Assembly (NCBI GenBank): GCA_963727445.1
Contig: CAVSGI010000021.1
Span: 384,001 to 448,000, forward strand
Reading direction: 5' to 3'
Origin: an uncultured delta proteobacterium
GTDB lineage: Bacteria > Myxococcota_A > Polyangia > Polyangiales > B10-G4
DNA: 64,000 nt
Shown: positions 61,536 to 64,000 of the stretch, piece by piece
Numbering within the stretch: the stretch's first letter is position 1
Layout of the letters: the number at the start of each line of letters is the position of its first letter
The notes under the pieces: model-generated
The model's input: only the letters and a program-made list of their open reading frames with translations
Told to the model about the DNA's origin: nothing
Database searches by the model: none
Made by a program: the position numbers and the translations under genes

Positions 61536-62807
61536 ATGTCCCTTCGCTCACCCGCCACTCTCCTCGTCTCGTTGAGCCTGTCCCTGGCCTCGCCGGCCCA
61601 CGCTCAGGACCGTAGCTCGGTCACGGTGAGCTTCGACCAGGCCCTCGATCTGGGTGGCCGCACGCCCACGACCCGCGGCGAGCGACGCGCCCTCGAAGCA
61701 CGCCGCCGAGGAGACGAGGGCATCGGCGGGACCGCGCAGGCAACCCAGCTGACGGTCATGCCCGGGGCCACGCTGGCACCTTCGCAGGGTCGTGGCTTCG
61801 AGCTTCAAATCAACGCGACCCAGGGATGGAACCTGGGGGGTCTGGGCCACGCCCGCCGGAGGGCCGCGGCCGAGGAGCGGCAGGCGCTCACGGCGGATAT
61901 CCGGCTCCAGGCGCTGCGCGCGCGACTCGAGGCGGCGCGGTGGTGGCTCGCGCTCCGAACCCTCGAGCGCGTCGACGCCTCCCTCGAGGCCCAGGAGGCG
62001 GTGGTGCGGCAGGAGGTGAGCGCGACCGAGCGAGGCGTGGCGGCGGGGGTGCGGACAGCCCCCGAGCTCGCCGAAGCGCAGGCGCTCGTGGCGCGTCTCG
62101 CACAGGAGCGCCTGATGGTGGAGGGCGAGCGCTTCGACGCGTCCACCGAGCTCGCCGCGGCGATGGGTACCTCGCCTCCCCGCGCTGGCGCGCCGTTGAT
62201 CACCGAGGGCCCCGACCCCACACCCCAGCTGCCGGCGCTCTCCACCGTGCGCTCGCGGATCGCCTCCCTCGACGACCTGCCCGAGGTGGCCGCGGCGCGC
62301 CTCGCGGAGACCGCGGCGCGCGCGCGCGAGGCGGAGGTGTCGGCGCAGTACGCGCCCGTGTTTCAAGCCGGCGTACAGGTCGAGCGTACGGCGTCCGATG
62401 CGTGGGTGCTCTACGGCGTCCTCGGCGCGAGCTACGCCATGTTCGGTCAGGGCGATCGCGCGCGCTCGCTTTCGCGCGCGGAGACGGAGCGCGCCGCGGG
62501 GGCCACCGAAGCGGCGCGCGTGGGTGCGGCGAGCGCGCTCGCCCGCGCGATGCACGAGGTCGAGCACTCCCGGCAGACAGTCGCCTCGCTCAGGAACGAG
62601 CTCTTGCCGTCGCTCGCTGCCGCGCTCGAGCGACGGACGCGCGCGCTCGCGCTCGGCGAGGAGACGACCTTCGCGGTGATGAACGCGAGGAGACGCGTCC
62701 TCGAAGCGCGCACGACGCTCGAGCGGGCCGAGGGCGCCGCGCTCTGGGCCGAGGTGCACCTGTGGTTGCTCCTCGCCGAGCTCGAACAGGGAAGGGCGCG
62801 GACATGA
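61536..62807 (+). CDS. TolC/CzcC-family outer membrane efflux protein
   Basis: Signal peptide; OEP-like helical repeats; first gene of an OMF-MFP-RND operon. Confidence 0.82.
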   Translation: MSLRSPATLLVSLSLSLASPAHAQDRSSVTVSFDQALDLGGRTPTTRGERRALEARRRGDEGIGGTAQATQLTVMPGATLAPSQGRGFELQINATQGWNLGGLGHARRRAAAEERQALTADIRLQALRARLEAARWWLALRTLERVDASLEAQEAVVRQEVSATERGVAAGVRTAPELAEAQALVARLAQERLMVEGERFDASTELAAAMGTSPPRAGAPLITEGPDPTPQLPALSTVRSRIASLDDLPEVAAARLAETAARAREAEVSAQYAPVFQAGVQVERTASDAWVLYGVLGASYAMFGQGDRARSLSRAETERAAGATEAARVGAASALARAMHEVEHSRQTVASLRNELLPSLAAALERRTRALALGEETTFAVMNARRRVLEARTTLERAEGAALWAEVHLWLLLAELEQGRART

Positions 62808-63892
62808 GGCGCGCCGCGAACGCCTGCGCGCTGCTCGTCGCCGTCTCGCTCTGGGCCTGCGGTGGCAAAGACGAGGAGGCCATCGCGCCGCTCCCCGAAG
62901 GCGCGAGCAGCGCGGTCACGCGCTGGATCCCGGTGGGGCATCCCGAGGACGAGGGCCTGCTCGAGGCGCCCGCGATCGTCCGCGCCGGGGCCGACGCGCG
63001 CGGAGAGGTCGGCACCACGGTCTCGGCGCGGGTCGCTCGGGTGCACGTTCGTGTCGGCGAGGTGGTGGCGGCGGGCAATCCGGTGGTGGAGGTCGCGGCG
63101 CCCTCGCTGGTGGACGCGGCTTCGGCGCACGTCGGCGCGAGCCGGCGTCTCGCGGTTCACGCGGCCCGCGCCGAAGAGCTCAGAGCGATGCGTGAGGAGG
63201 GGCTCGTCCGGCGCTCCGACGTCTTCGAGCAGGAGGCGCTGGTCGCCGACCTCCGCGCGGCCCGCGATCGGGCGGCGGCGACGCTGTCGGCGGCGGGGCT
63301 CGAGCCGCGGCAGGCGGCGGCCATCGCGCGCACCGGCAGAGTCGTGCTTCGCGCGCCGGTGGCTGGTGTCGTGACCGCCGTCGACGCGCGCCTGGGGGAG
63401 ATCCGGGAGCCCGGGGCCGGGCCCCTCGCGCGCATCGCCGGCACGGGCGAGGTGCGCGTCGAGGTGCGCACCTCCGAATCCTGGCCCGATGACGGGACGC
63501 CGACCTTCGTCGGCAGCGACGGCGCGTCGATCGCGCTCCTGTCGGCGCCGCTGTCGCGGACCGTCGATCCCGACGACGGAACGCGCATCGCCTGGTACGC
63601 GCCGGCCGACGAGTCGGTGCGTCTCGCCGACGGCCTCCGCGGCGTCGTGCGCCTGTCGAACGTCCGCGGCGCCTGGGAGGTGCCGGTGGACGCGGTGGAG
63701 GTGCGAAGCGGCCGCACGGTGCTGGTGCGGCGCCGCGACGGCGCCGCATCCGCCGTCGAGGTTCAGGTCGTGAGCTCCTCGGGCGCCACCGCGTGGGTGC
63801 GCGCCAACCCCGAAGATCGCTTGGGCGAAGGTGATGAGGTGGCAGCGGATCTCGCGCGCTACCGCCGCGGCGAAGGGAGCGCGGCGCGGTGA
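62804..63892 (+). CDS. RND efflux periplasmic adaptor (CzcB/CusB-like) lipoprotein
   Basis: Lipobox LWA-C; lipoyl halves RVARVHVRVGEVVAAG and LRAPVAGVVT; VPVDAV. Confidence 0.85.
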   Translation: MRRAANACALLVAVSLWACGGKDEEAIAPLPEGASSAVTRWIPVGHPEDEGLLEAPAIVRAGADARGEVGTTVSARVARVHVRVGEVVAAGNPVVEVAAPSLVDAASAHVGASRRLAVHAARAEELRAMREEGLVRRSDVFEQEALVADLRAARDRAAATLSAAGLEPRQAAAIARTGRVVLRAPVAGVVTAVDARLGEIREPGAGPLARIAGTGEVRVEVRTSESWPDDGTPTFVGSDGASIALLSAPLSRTVDPDDGTRIAWYAPADESVRLADGLRGVVRLSNVRGAWEVPVDAVEVRSGRTVLVRRRDGAASAVEVQVVSSSGATAWVRANPEDRLGEGDEVAADLARYRRGEGSAAR

Positions 63893-64000
63893 TCAAGCGG
63901 ATCGTCGGAGCGGCGGTCGAGCACGACAAGCTCGTGCCATCCCTGGTGATCCTCGCCGCCATCGGCGCGTCGATCGCGGGCGCCTGGCTTCGCTTCGACG
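63889..64000 (+). CDS. RND efflux permease (CzcA/CusA-like), 5' end only
   Basis: GTGA overlap; MIKRIVGAAVEH...TM...LRFD matches an HME-RND N-terminus; operon position. Confidence 0.72.
   Translation, partial: MIKRIVGAAVEHDKLVPSLVILAAIGASIAGAWLRFD

Overview
This is a very GC-rich chromosomal segment from a myxobacterium, most consistent with Polyangia (Sandaracinus/Sorangium-like). That call rests on five Hanks-type Ser/Thr kinases, PEGA/TPR proteins, MYXO-CTERM-like tails, a CglB-like vWA lipoprotein and many Cys-rich lipoproteins. Recognisable genes are a two-gene NAD-linked formate dehydrogenase, cysS, hisD, a CobB sirtuin, hflX, xth, a GH13 amylase with a six-hairpin glycosidase, an SSS transporter with a GH63-like hydrolase, and the start of a LuxR-linked RND efflux operon. 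I found no rRNA, tRNA, transposase, integrase, cas gene or reverse transcriptase. Eight genes carry frameshifts, most likely long-read indel errors. The main leads are four. (1) A 27-bp intergenic repeat (GGGGACGGTCTACACTTTTCAACTTTC) and a relative sit directly after the only three TAA stop codons among the called genes; at one site it forms a mini-array containing a duplicated gene end. (2) In a kinase-TPR/PEGA-lipoprotein cluster, three lipoproteins share an unnamed N-terminal module fused to different cargo domains. (3) A membrane-anchored LuxR regulator may control both the RND pump and a ferric-reductase/flavinylation-like trio through a shared palindromic box. (4) Many genes have leaderless promoter geometry.
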